Translations under genes and position numbers: made by a program | Notes under the pieces: model-generated | The model's input: the letters and a program-made list of their open reading frames with translations, nothing else | Database searches by the model: none | Told to the model about the DNA's origin: nothing | In this document: one piece after another, positions 12,101-24,223 of the stretch | Position numbering within the stretch: position 1 is the stretch's first letter | Layout of the letters: each line of letters begins with the position of its first letter | Origin: Lingula anatina | Taxonomy: Eukaryota > Animalia > Brachiopoda | NCBI GenBank assembly: GCA_051362555.1 | Contig: CM120641.1 | Span: 46,258,401 to 46,322,400 of the forward strand | Direction of reading: 5' to 3' | Length of the DNA stretch: 64,000 nucleotides

Positions 12101-15100
12101 TTAGGCAAGACCATATGCTGAAGTGTGAGCCAGCTGCTCCGAGCTAGACGAGTTCAGACCTCCGCTGCTCAGTTTCATTGGAAAAATTTGCCGCTGGGGC
12201 TGTGTCCCTCTCACCGGGGTGTCTTGGCGCGGTGTGCTGTACGACGTCATGACAGCAGACGAGGGCTCCGTCAGCAGTTTATAGTCTGCACATTTCATCT
12301 GGAAACACTGGCCATGCATTCCGCACTCCTGCATTTTCCGAAAAGCTTGCAGTTGTTTGTCCAGGTCGAAAGTCTCACTATGCCAACTAATAGGGCGGGC
12401 AGGAGACGGGGCCAGAAACTGAGGCTCACTATTAATGGCGTAACTGGCAGACAACCTCTTAGGGTCAGGGCCGTGATAGTGTTGGTGGGCCGAGGGGTTC
12501 AGGATGTCGCTACAGCTACCATGGCAGCTACAGTTTCCGCTTCTGCTGTTTGGCACCAGGGATTTGTCATTGCATAGTGCTTTGAGGAGAGGCAGCGACA
12601 TGTGGTCAATCTGCTCACGGATTTGGTCGATGTCTGGATGCTGGGCCCCTTCTTCCCCTTCGGCAGTGTCATCATCTTCCTGGACTATCTCTGGGATCTG
12701 GAAGAACACAAACAAAACGTTACAGTAACCAACTGGAGGTGAAAGTAAAATTGGGGATAAAAACCCGATATACATCACAAACAAGATCAAGCCTGCTCAT
12801 TTACACCAGAGGCTGCCTCAGTGGTGGCCTACTTTGAACCAAAATAAAAGCAGCCCACTTGAAATCTTAAACCCATACTTTATGACAAGACAGAAATGGA
12901 TTTTCTGTGGACCATTATGATTTTATCTAATAATGAAGAAGACTACCATTTAGAAATACATTCGAACTGGAGTTCATTTGTAAAACTGGTCTTAATGGTG
13001 GAAAAAAAATTTACACCTGGGCAGCAAGTAAAAACTGACTAGACGCCAAAATATGTAGGAAATTGGATCAGGATTAGACAGAAAACAATCTCTTCCCAAA
13101 AGTTCTTACACAAATATTAATCAGCTTTTCTTAAGCCAATAATTAGTAATTTTCAATTTTCCTAAAATTTAAAAGTACTTACACCCAGTTTCTTTTCTGA
13201 AGCAGTAGCTTGTTTTGCTCTGTTTACTGCACCAAGCTGCTGCTGTTGTTGCTGCTGTTTTTTCTGCTGCTGCAATGATGTCAAATGCTGTTGCTGCTGC
13301 TGCTGCTGTTGTTGTTGTCCATTCCCAGGCATCATCTGTTGCCTATTCCCCTGTGGCAGCCTATCAGATGGGCTCTGCTGTTGCCGCCCTGGTTGTTGCA
13401 CAGCCTGCTGCTGAGTTTTTGGCTTTGATACCGTAGGCAATTTCTGCTGTGTGACTCCTCCAGGGGCTAGGTTGTTCAGCATACTGGCAGGACCTTGATG
13501 GCTTGAAAGTTGCTGTTCTCCCACATGGCTCTGTGGCATGCCTGCATAAGGTCCATTGGACTGGGTAGGAGTGGCAGTCACCATCCTATGGCTCCCTAAA
13601 GCAGCACCCAATGGGCCTCTGGGCAATAGATTTCCACTGTAACCGCCTGTAGCAGGACCAGCATTGGCAGCACCCATAGTATTACCATTCCCACTGCCAA
13701 TGACATTATATGAATGCCCCATTGGTTCTCCAGGCACAGTAGCATATTGCTTTGATACCCCACGTGGGCTGGCAGCAGTAGTGTGATCATTGGCAGTGTT
13801 GGAGGCATATGTGGCAGTGACCCCACCAACTGGCCCTGCTGGCACTGTGGCATACTGCCTGGGCACCCGGCCCTGGTGGGGGGCCTCCTCAAGACCTGTG
13901 GCAAACTGCTTGATGTTATTGTTCCCTGGTACTGTGGCATAGTGTTTTGTGACAACAGGCCTGCTGTGCGCCACACCACTGGCAATACTCACTGGCTTTA
14001 CAGACAGGGCTGGGTTGGCCGACAGAGTGTACTGGGTATCCGGGGAGACAGTCACCGTTTTCTGTTCCATTACTTCACTGTAGCTGGGGAGATTGTTGTT
14101 CATGTGTCCATAGTCCACAGGCATGTAGTAGCTGGACATCTCCATGTTGGCAGGATGGGTGGCATAATAATACTGAGCTTTCTGAATTGCATCACTGGTC
14201 ATTCCAGGATGACCTTGGACTTGGCCCACTGGATGACCTTGGACTTGACCCACAGGATGACCTTGAACTTGACCCATTTGATGGCCTTGACCCATAAGAT
14301 GACCCTGACCTATTCCATTCACGTAAAACTGATTACCCTGATGGTTTTGCTGGCCTTGAACCTGGTGGTAATTCAACTGACCAGGATCTACATGTTGGAC
14401 TATTTGAGTTTTATCAGCTTCGTGGCAGGGAAGATTTTCATACAAATGTTCCTGTCCATCATACCCATGTGAAGATGGTGACGAGGCAGTAAGTGTCGTC
14501 ACAGTCCTCTGTTCCAGCACAGGGGCACTGGCAAATGTGACACTCTTCTGACTTCTTCCACTACTGTTTCTGGAGCTGGCCCCGCCCTGTGACGATGGCA
14601 AGGTTTCAGTTTGTAGGATTCCTTTACCAACACCAGCTCTGCTATTACCCTGCTCCCCTTCCCAACGTCCAGATCCTTGCCCTGACTGATCTCTTTTGGC
14701 ACTTTGCAATAAAGCAGAAGAGGAAGGAGGAGGAGGAAGAGGAGGAGGGGACTCCCTATGTACATCAACAGCAGTGTTTCCTTGCACAGAGGCATTGGCA
14801 ACAGTAGGGGTGGGGGTGCGGGTACTAATGGACGTAGTTGCAGAACTTCCTGAGCCACCAGGATGAGAACTAATGGGCACCTGTTGGCTAGTGACCACTG
14901 GTATTTCTGCTATACTGCTGGGATGAACACCGCAGTTGGTTGTGGCAGCACCTGTCCTATTGGGCTGCCCAGCCTGACTGACCAAAGGTACAGGTGCCCC
15001 ATGTTCTGGACTGACCGGCACCGAGTAACCTCGTCCACTGTCACCTGACATTAACTGGAGCAGTCTGAGCCCTGAGAAAGATAGGTAATACTTATTGTCA

Positions 15101-16971
15101 TCTACGCCTGTGAAAATAGTGCACTTTCCCCATATTTTCTCCATGATAATCATAATCACAATGATATATTTGTTATAAACATCTTCATATCATTTCTTGA
15201 TTAAAGCAATATAAATTCAAGCAAATATTATCTTTGATTTATTTTGATTAAATGAACCTGTAAAAAGTTATTTATACAGAGCTGCAAATATTATATTGTC
15301 ATCATTTAAAATTCCTCTATTCTTTGGTTGATATCAACATTAGATTTACTCTAGCATGCATATTTAGCCAAATACCAAACATATTAACTGGCTGAGGAAA
15401 ATTCAAAATATTTCGGTCTGTGCCAAATTCATTATTAATCCGACTCGATTGTTGAATTTGGCTTAAAATTATTATTTGGCCAAATATTTATCCTAGACTG
15501 AGCCAAGCAGTAACTGTGCCAATTCTTACTTCTTCCGGATTCCTTGGATGCTATGGAGGAGGAACATGCCAAGCTGTCAATACTGGAGTGCGACTTCAAG
15601 TAGGAGTCCCTCTTGGAGGAGTCTGGGGCATTTTCACCCTCACGGTCCTCAACTGAAAAATATTTAACATATTGCAGTCTTTAAAAAGTTAACAATCATC
15701 AGCATTATTTTTAATATCAGTTACTTAGTTTGTTTAAATGTCCCAGATCCTAACTTTATTTGCATGCTGGCACAGGTGAACTACTGTGATATTTTCAGTG
15801 AGGCTTGCCTTAGACGGAAATTTGGTTTACAATTAATCAGTGGGAAACTTTGTCAAAGTCCAACATAAACTGAATACCTCCCTGTACTTGTCTTTATTTT
15901 CAATCACAGACCTTACTGCCCATAAAAGGTTTGTTGGAAAAGCACATTTTATAGTCTCTAGCATACTAAAGAAGAGGCAAAATTCCATAGTCATAAGTCT
16001 TTGTGGTTTCTGAGAATTAGAGGTAACAAAGTTTTGGGTGCAGTGGAGTTAAGGATGCAGTGGCTTCCAGTACATACAGTGATGAGACAATGAACAACTC
16101 TGGCCATATACCCATGGACTTTCTTCATTCCATTTCTGAACATACAATGCTTTGAAGATGGCACTGCGTTCTCCCCATGTGTATATATTATATCAACAGG
16201 ATGAATTAGAATCTTAACAATCTGAATACATACCTTCACTGTCATCAAAGCTGATGTGCATCTTGTCGCTGACAATGCCAGAGGTCGTGTTGGAGCTGGT
16301 GTTGCTGATCACCGAGATTCTGGGGTCGCCCTTCTTTGGCAGTGTGGTGATGTTCTGGAGGGACATGTTACTGCTGATAGAGGCCTGCTCTTGTTCCCAT
16401 GCCAAGTCTGAAGTATCGCTATAGATGTAGGACTCGCGGTAACTTCTGCGTTTATCTGAAAATATTGAGGAATACATTTTAGTGCCCATAATTACAGGAA
16501 AAATTTTTATACAAATACAAACAAACACGTGATGATGGAAGATTTGGTATTTTTTTCTAGATCAAATATAAATAAGTTCAGCATTTGGCCATAAATTAAA
16601 GGAAAAAATAAATTACACAATATAATTCAAGTGTTTTAAGTTCAAACTGTTTTAGGTTCAATAAACTAGTTCCCTTGGCCTGCATTTAATTAAGAAATAA
16701 AAAGCGAAGTAAGTTTGGTGTTTAAATCCCACCTTCAGCCTCCAGGTGTTGTATTTCGGCCAGTTTGGGCTGTATCGCCATTTGGAACATATGTGTGCTG
16801 CGACACAGCTGTAACAGGTACTTGGAGCGCTCATCGCTGCCAGTGTAGTAGGTGAACTTTCTCTGGTCTGGCACACCCACAGCACGAATCTCAAACTTCT
16901 TTTTCTGAAATAAATCACAGGCAAGATGGTATTAAAACTGTGATTATTGCACAATACTAGAAAGACGGGTT

Positions 16972-17024
<53 letters not shown>

Positions 17025-20000
17025 TGTACGCAATAACCCTTCCCACCAAGGTGTGCTTTTCATACCTTTTTGTGACCTAGTTTTTTCAAAACAATTTTCC
17101 TTGTAAAACCTTTCCCTCGCTTTCTTTTAGAAGTACACTTGACACTTAAACCCAATGACTTATCTTGCAAAACGAGTTTAGGGTAGACAAGCATATTCAA
17201 GTTTTGCCATAAAATCAGCATTCCATTTCCTCAAATTTTCTTACTTCCCGGTCTAGCTGTAAGTTGCCCAATTTCACATAATTTTAATGGCCATTACGTG
17301 CTTGTGGTTATTTATTAACTACCTGCTTGCAAAATGCATGAACAAGCCACTTTTTCAACATTTCTTGTACATTCTTGTACAAAAGAAAAACAATTTTGAC
17401 TCATGAACAGAAAGAAAAGATGGATAATCAAATTTTTTTCAATCATCACAGACAGTGGCTGACTTAATAAGCTTATTCTTGGGAACACGCATCAAAAATC
17501 AAATATCGTCTGCTTGAGAGAAAAAAAAAAGAGAAAACTCTAGTTCAGCATACTGCAGTCTTAGCAGTGAAGCATTTTATCATTTTACTTATATGCTATA
17601 AACCCCGAATTGGAAGTCTTCCAGTTCACTCAGACAAACTGGGAATGCCAAATATATTATTTATCCCCCAAAGACTGCAGGCTAATTCTGGAGTTACGTG
17701 ATGCAATAAATTGGGTTTCCATATCAATATCGAATGTCGTCTGCTTTTTTGAACTCAGGCTCAGCACTCAGCAGTCTTTTCAGGAAATTTATTTGTGTTA
17801 TTTTCCTTCTGCGTAATGGTGCACTGCTGAGGTTAACCTCAGAATGTCGCCACCCTGCAGGTTCTGACTACTGTTTCACAGGAGCTGTTGGAAAAATGAA
17901 CCAATATCTGCCCCAATGAGGAAAGAGAACAGACAACATTATATATTTTTTTTCTGACAGAAAGGGATGGCCCATGTGTATGCTCTCCAGACAGGAGTTC
18001 AGACCTTAGTGAACAATGCACTAGCCGAGGCGCTGGAAGACATTTTTGTGGTCTTTGAAAGATATGAATCCCAGACAAGTACATTTTTCAAAAAAAAAAA
18101 TAAATAAAAAATATATATATATATAAATAAAATAAATAAATAATAAAAATAATCAAATAAAAGGGGGGAAATGAAATAGGAGACCAAAGAGCCTTAAGAA
18201 CGATTTCTTCTGAAACACCGAATTGCACAGTCATGTTATATCATTTTACTTCTGATGCAGACGACTATGTTTGCACGACCTTTCTTTGTTAACCCCAGTG
18301 CTTCTAAATATTTAGTCACCTGGGTTACATCCACAAAGTCAGCTATATACTAAGCACTTTCTTTCCCCACAACCCTAGTTCATTTACTTGAACTGGCTAG
18401 TAATATTTCTGTTCTTCTATCTCAGGTCAAAATATCCCTAGTCTCATGTAGTAAGAAAAAAAAAAATTCCATCAATTAGATTTAACGGTGAGCCCAAGTC
18501 TGATCCCATATAACACACAATGCTGATCTTGACGCTAGAATCTACCACAAAAATTCCCACACAAAATAAATTAAAAGGGTGTGTTTTTTTTCTGCACACA
18601 TGTTCCAGTGGCCCTGTTCTATGGCCAACAACAGAAAGTGATTAGTTTATGGGAACATGGCAATTTGGTCTGATACACCCAAAACAGTAGTGAGGCAAAC
18701 TCAATTAGAGTTCTGAGCTACACATGACTGTGAGGCTTACAAAATCCATTGCTATTACAAAGAGAAATTCAACAGACAGATTAAGTAACACAAATGTATA
18801 TTGACACCTCTTCTTTAACAAAATACTCTTCATTGTTGAAAACTGTCATGGAATGGTGCCATATTTTCACGAATGAGTAATAATGATATCTTGATCTTAG
18901 TAGAAGAAAATCATTATATTTTATTTTTAAAAAAACATTGCCAATTAAACATTGATGTGGTCTATGAATGCCGCAAGAGTTGGGAAATGGTAATTTTATC
19001 ATTATGTAACAATTGTCCCAGAGTAAGACCAAAGTTTGCCTTTATTTAACATTCCTCCCCCCCCCCCCCGACCCCCATGCTCCTAACAGCTGAAAGCTGA
19101 CCTCGTCTATTTGAGAAGAGCAGAAAAAAAAGGCTCCAATTTTAGTTGATATATTGAAGTTAAATAAGAGCCACACACCTGACATACCTGCACATCCCCA
19201 CCTTGAGAATCAACCTCCAACCATGTTTAGAAAGGTGTGAATTACATGGCTCCAAGATCTAGGCTAATTCACTCAATGCCTTACTGAGCAGCACTTTTTT
19301 CTTGTTCAGCTAGCATATCTTAAATGTTACTAAAGCTTGTGATATAAATGATTTTTTTTCTAATACTTAAAATGAAAAATGACCTATTTTAAAGGTCACA
19401 AATAGTTCTTACTTAACACTGAAGGAATTTCCTTTTTCCCTTGCCACTTAGAGTGAAAAATGTAGATTTATGTGCAATAGTATTTTTCTGACATATCTAT
19501 TGTTATAACACACTCCTTTCTTTTGGGGGATTTGAGAAACTTAGAATATATACTTTTTTTTTTAATAATTGGATATATCATTATAAGCCAGTCACAGTAT
19601 TTCTCCCCATTTTTCTTAAACCCCCTCCAGTTTAAAACTCCTCAAATCTCAAGAAAATGTAAAAAAAAAAAAAAAAAGGCAACTGAACCTCACAAATCAA
19701 AATGAAAAGTGTGAAAAGAAAAACAAAATGTTTTCCAAACACCTCTGCCTGGTAAGCCATGTCATTCTCACGAACATCTCATTAACATTAACATTGTTCG
19801 CTTTTTTAAATTTCCAAGACAGACTTTTTTAGTACAAATATGTGGTTTTACTTGAAAACATATAGGCTCTGTTCTCACAACTTTTAGATCGATCTATCAC
19901 TGCGGGGAGTCTCACTAGATTACTGTCAGATAATCCCCCTTAAGTGTCCGTCCCCGCCTACTACAAGCTTTAAGGGGTAATTAACTTTCGTGTCCGCCCG

Positions 20001-23000
20001 GCTGACAGCTATTTAGCGTGAACCCCCAGGGAGTTAGGTCGATCCAATGTAGGTCGATCTAATCTATGAGAATGGGGTGATAGATTAATATCAAAAGTAA
20101 CATTTCAATGAGACTCACCTCAAAATAAAGTTTCCCAATATTAGGCCATTGAAAACTTGTTAACATGCTTTTTAGACCCTTTTCATCTTCCTGTAAATAT
20201 AAAATGCAAACTGTTACTATTTGTCTCATGTTTCTTTGACATAAAAACAGCCTATTCATTTTAAAAAAGATGACTTAAGAAATCAAAAACCTTAAAAAAC
20301 ACCAATCAAAATTTTATTACTCTTGCATTCAATAAATTCAATCTCAAGGAGGTCTTTTCAGAGTTAGTGCAACAAAAGACAACTATTTACCATTTTACAC
20401 CAATATCATAGTGACACGCAGAAAATTTCTTCACCATTTCAAAAATTATTCTATAATTCTCATAGTACAGCATGCAAATTACACATGATCACCTACCTCA
20501 TAAATTTCAATCCCTTTTGCACAGATTCCAAGCCAAATCGAACCTGGATCTTCATTTTTTCTTTTTTTCAGTCGATAAAAGTGTAAATTGTGTGCTGCGG
20601 GTGATACGGAGGATTCTTTGACAAAGTGCAGCTGAGCTTCGGACTTGGTCATCCCTCGCAGGTCTCGATGGATTGATGGCATGTGTTCTACTATATACTC
20701 TAAACCCCTTTTATCCAAGACCTGTGAGTAAATGCAGAATAATTAATGAAGAGTCTGAGTTTATAAAATTAAAGGGATAAGAATAACATGAATATAGAAA
20801 TGTTTTACTTAATTACAAAGGAGTTAACACTAATCTACATACAAGGTAAAATTATTGTTTTTTTTATTGTTATGTAGATTAGCATTACTTGGATGCAGGT
20901 TATAATATCATCATCAACAACAACAAAACATTTTACAAAACAGTTAATATCATCATCTTTCTCTATCAGAGCAAATCAAATACTGACCCACGCAGGAAAA
21001 TATGCCCTCGGGTCAAAATACTGTCCACTGTGTTTACGTCCCAGAAAGTTCCCAAGATCGGCCTGCAGAGCGTACGAGGCAAGAAGAAAGCACCGCTCCT
21101 CTGTACATAGCTGGCAGTAGTGGTTGAAGTTTTCTCTAAGCTGAAGATAGTAGTGATGACGACATATCCTTTCCCTGTGAAAAATAATTAAAACACATGA
21201 TAGATTTTTGTACTACAGTGTGGAAGGTATAAGAGATGACAATATACCCTTTGCCAGTGAAAGAAAAGAAAATACAAGGTACAAAGAATACATTCAATCC
21301 ACATATCATATACTGGTATAAAGGACTAAATAATCAAACACCTACCTTAGTAAAAGTTCATGATCTACATAGAATTGCACTTTGAAATACAGTGTGAATG
21401 CTGGCTTGCCGCTGCTGTCACAGCCCTGAGAAAGAAAATTTTCATAAAAAAGAATTCAAACAGAAGAAAAATCAATTACAAGTGAAGTATAATTACTCTC
21501 CCTAAATTTGTCCAAACTGATAAAAGTAAGTCAAGTTAACTTTATATTACAAAAGGAAAAAATCTAATAGTGACCAGAAGTTGTCATGTTATGGAAATTC
21601 CATTTACTTTCACAGCCTTTGGCAAATAGCATGCCACATTTAACGATTTTTACTATACAAATTACAGCATTAAAAAACCCATCTACTCCTACAAACAACA
21701 CTTTCAAGCTAAAAGAAAAATCCAACCCAGCTTAAACACACAAATTTGCCCAGGTTGGATTTGGAGGTCTGTCAAGTAACAAATAATGTCAAAGATAGCA
21801 TTGCGGTATGCTATTCACTATAGAAAGAAAGAGGGGCAAAATATTTTCCAATTTACAAAACCAATTTTTCTCCTTTTTCAAAGCTGGCAGTATGCGATGC
21901 CTTCTTCTCAGTTTCAGACAAGCCCGTGAAAGAATGGGTATCTCTTGTATAAATACAAACTCTTTCGAACCCAGTGGCCCTTAACAAACCCACGTTTAAT
22001 GCTCGGCAGGAGAGGCTGTGAGATCAGTTTCAATATTTCTATTCAACTCTTAATGAAAACATACACTGATCTGATTGTATCTAAAGGATACTGGGGGAGT
22101 TGAGAGAAAAACGATATTACATCCATTTCAGCTTGATTAAACTGAGACTCTGTCAAAGTAGAAGTTAAACTTTCTGAATCATTTTCTCAATTGATACTGG
22201 GGCTCATTTTGCATTTTAGAGACCTCAGGTTGAAAACAAGATTCATTTTTCAATAAATCTAGAGTTTACAGTGATCTTACATAAAAAAACGCCATGCATT
22301 AGGAAAGAAAAATTATCAGCTGCCTTGCTGAATCAGTAAATGATGTAGCTGCTACAGCAAAAATGACATTAACATTTATCAAAAATGGGCAGGAAACTTC
22401 CACTCTTAACAATGAAATATCTCCACAGCACCCAACATCCTAGGTCAAGTTTGACTTTAACTAGAGAACCCCTGAGATGGCAGTGCAACATGTAATCTAA
22501 TCAACCTGCCATTGTTCTGCTGAAACAGAACACTTTGAGCCAAGACTGTTCCAGAAGTTTTGTCTTCCTGTGGAGTTAACCTTTGCTTTCCTGTAACCAA
22601 TAATACAGGGTTATTTACTGTTCTGCCAATAAAACACTGAGCAATATCTCACCAAAACCAAAAGGAAACTAAATACTCACATTCCCAGACTTCCAGCATT
22701 TTGGAGTATATTTGGTTAATTTGCACTCAGGGTCTAAGAAATGAAATTCCCCATCTGGAAAATAGAAAATGACTTGATTTACAAACTTTTTTCACATGGC
22801 ATTTAATTCACAAATGCACTCGATACCTTTCTTAACTATAACTACAAGCTCTACATAACAAGTCACTGGACCACCACTACTGCAGGTCATCTTTACAAAT
22901 GTGGAGGAAAAAGTAATTGCAGCAAATTAAATTACAACACGCTCAATTTCATGCAAAAAAAAAAAAATTCTTATAGCGCCAAGTATCTTTAACAACATAC

Positions 23001-24223
23001 TTTTTGTATTTGGCATTGATCGAAGTTTTTAACTTGGTACTTAAATTCTGTATGTTAGCTTCCTTCAAGGATAGATCAGTATATGGTCTCAATATTAAGC
23101 ATGCAAAAAATAAAAAAAAAATCGTACTATCTTAACCAATTCAAGATGAAAATCTGGACCTTAGCTCTCTGCTCATCAGGTGCGTTCACAAAAGGAATAA
23201 TTTAAACCAGTCGCAGGCTCACTTATAACACTGACCAAATTTACAAATTTCTATATTAAGAAATCAACTTGTCCAGTAATGGCAAAAAATCTATTCCTAG
23301 TCTAAGTCAATCCAGCTGTGAACGCAACCAAGTTTAAGTATAATCCAGTATAAATATCCAAGTTACAATTCCAACATCTCAGATTCCTGCCCATGAGGCC
23401 CCTGCTACTTATAAAAATATGCCACCTCACAAATTATATGGCAGCAGTCGCAAAGGGCCGCCCACGTGCAAAAACAGCAGAGATAACGCCGGCAAGTGGA
23501 AACCCACCTATTAGTTGAGCCAATCCAAAGTATTCATTTTCTCTTAGACTGAGGTACTCACAAACTTGGTTGAAGACATCTTGCACTTTACCCTTAGGCT
23601 GGAAAAAAAAAGACGAGTATTTAAATGTGTAAATGGAACTGAATTGCCATAATTCTAAAAATATTAATAAATAAAGAAAAAAAGAAATAATCACAAAACA
23701 GCTAAAAAATATCAAAAGCAAATAAATATACAGTGATAAAATCATTTACGAGATTTAAAAAAATTTTACAATCAAAATATCTTTTTTATCATTTTAATAC
23801 ATGTATAAAAAATTGAGGAAGAAAAATCAAATGGAATCCCCCCTCCAAATTTCATGCACTTATAAATCTAAATCATACCTCAGCATACATTTATCATTTT
23901 AATTCTTTAATAAAAATGGGGAGGGAGGGGGGGTAAAGTGGAACTTTTTGTACTAAATTTCAATTGAATTATTAAATCTAAATCATACCTCAACATAAAT
24001 TTCTAATTCTTCTTTATTTAATAGCACCATGTTTAATAATTTAATTATTGTGGGGATGAAGTGGAATTTTCTGCACTAAATTTCACACAATTATTAAATT
24101 ATTAAATCTAAATCATACCTCGACATATATTTCTAATTCTTCTTTATTTAATAGCACCACATTGACCACCTTCTTCCCAGCCCCAGGCCCGCTGCTCTGG
24201 TTGGTGCGAAATGATTGCCTCAT
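12101..24223 (-). CDS. FRMD6: Expanded / FRMD6 (Willin)-like FERM-domain Hippo pathway protein, ~1,280 aa, 12 coding exons: 24223-24119, 23598-23508, 22754-22681, 21425-21346, 21174-20988, 20721-20497, 20190-20119, 16904-16733, 16455-16234, 15652-15530, 15071-13183, 12697-12101
   Basis: FERM motifs LRENEYFGLA, LYFKVQFYV, HHYYLQLRE, LASYALQADLG, YFDPRAYFPAWV, WLGICAKGIEIYE, FQWPNIGKLYFE and KKFEI...RKFTYYTGS are present. The post-FERM YRESYIYSD and ISVISNTSSNTTSGIVSDK motifs are typical of Expanded/FRMD6/FRMD1. All exon phases join in frame. The start codon is less certain because the frame stays open back to the acceptor at 24255. Confidence 0.88.
16975..17022. repeat. (AT)n microsatellite
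   Basis: Perfect AT dinucleotide run. Confidence 0.95.
19865..20079 (+). mobile_element. 215-bp MITE (PIF/Harbinger-Tourist-like), copy 1, with 3-bp TSD ATA
   Basis: Reverse-complement homolog of 55618-55832 along its full length. Imperfect TIRs (TTCTCA.../...TGAGAA), internal TAGATCGATCTA palindromes, and ATA on both flanks (19862-64, 20080-82). Confidence 0.82.
23825..24160 (-). repeat. Three-copy ~110-130-bp tandem repeat spanning the 3' end and donor site of the first coding exon of the Expanded-like gene
   Basis: AAATCTAAATCATACCTC (minus strand GAG|GTATGATTTAGATTT) occurs at ~23864, ~23974 and ~24104, with shared flanking sequence. Confidence 0.85.

Noticed and set aside
12125-15048. 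Several long alternative-frame and antisense ORFs (e.g. 13783-14472 +, 229 aa; 12125-12577 +, 150 aa)
   Set aside because: They are shadows of the GC-richer Expanded-like coding exons and show no recognisable protein features.
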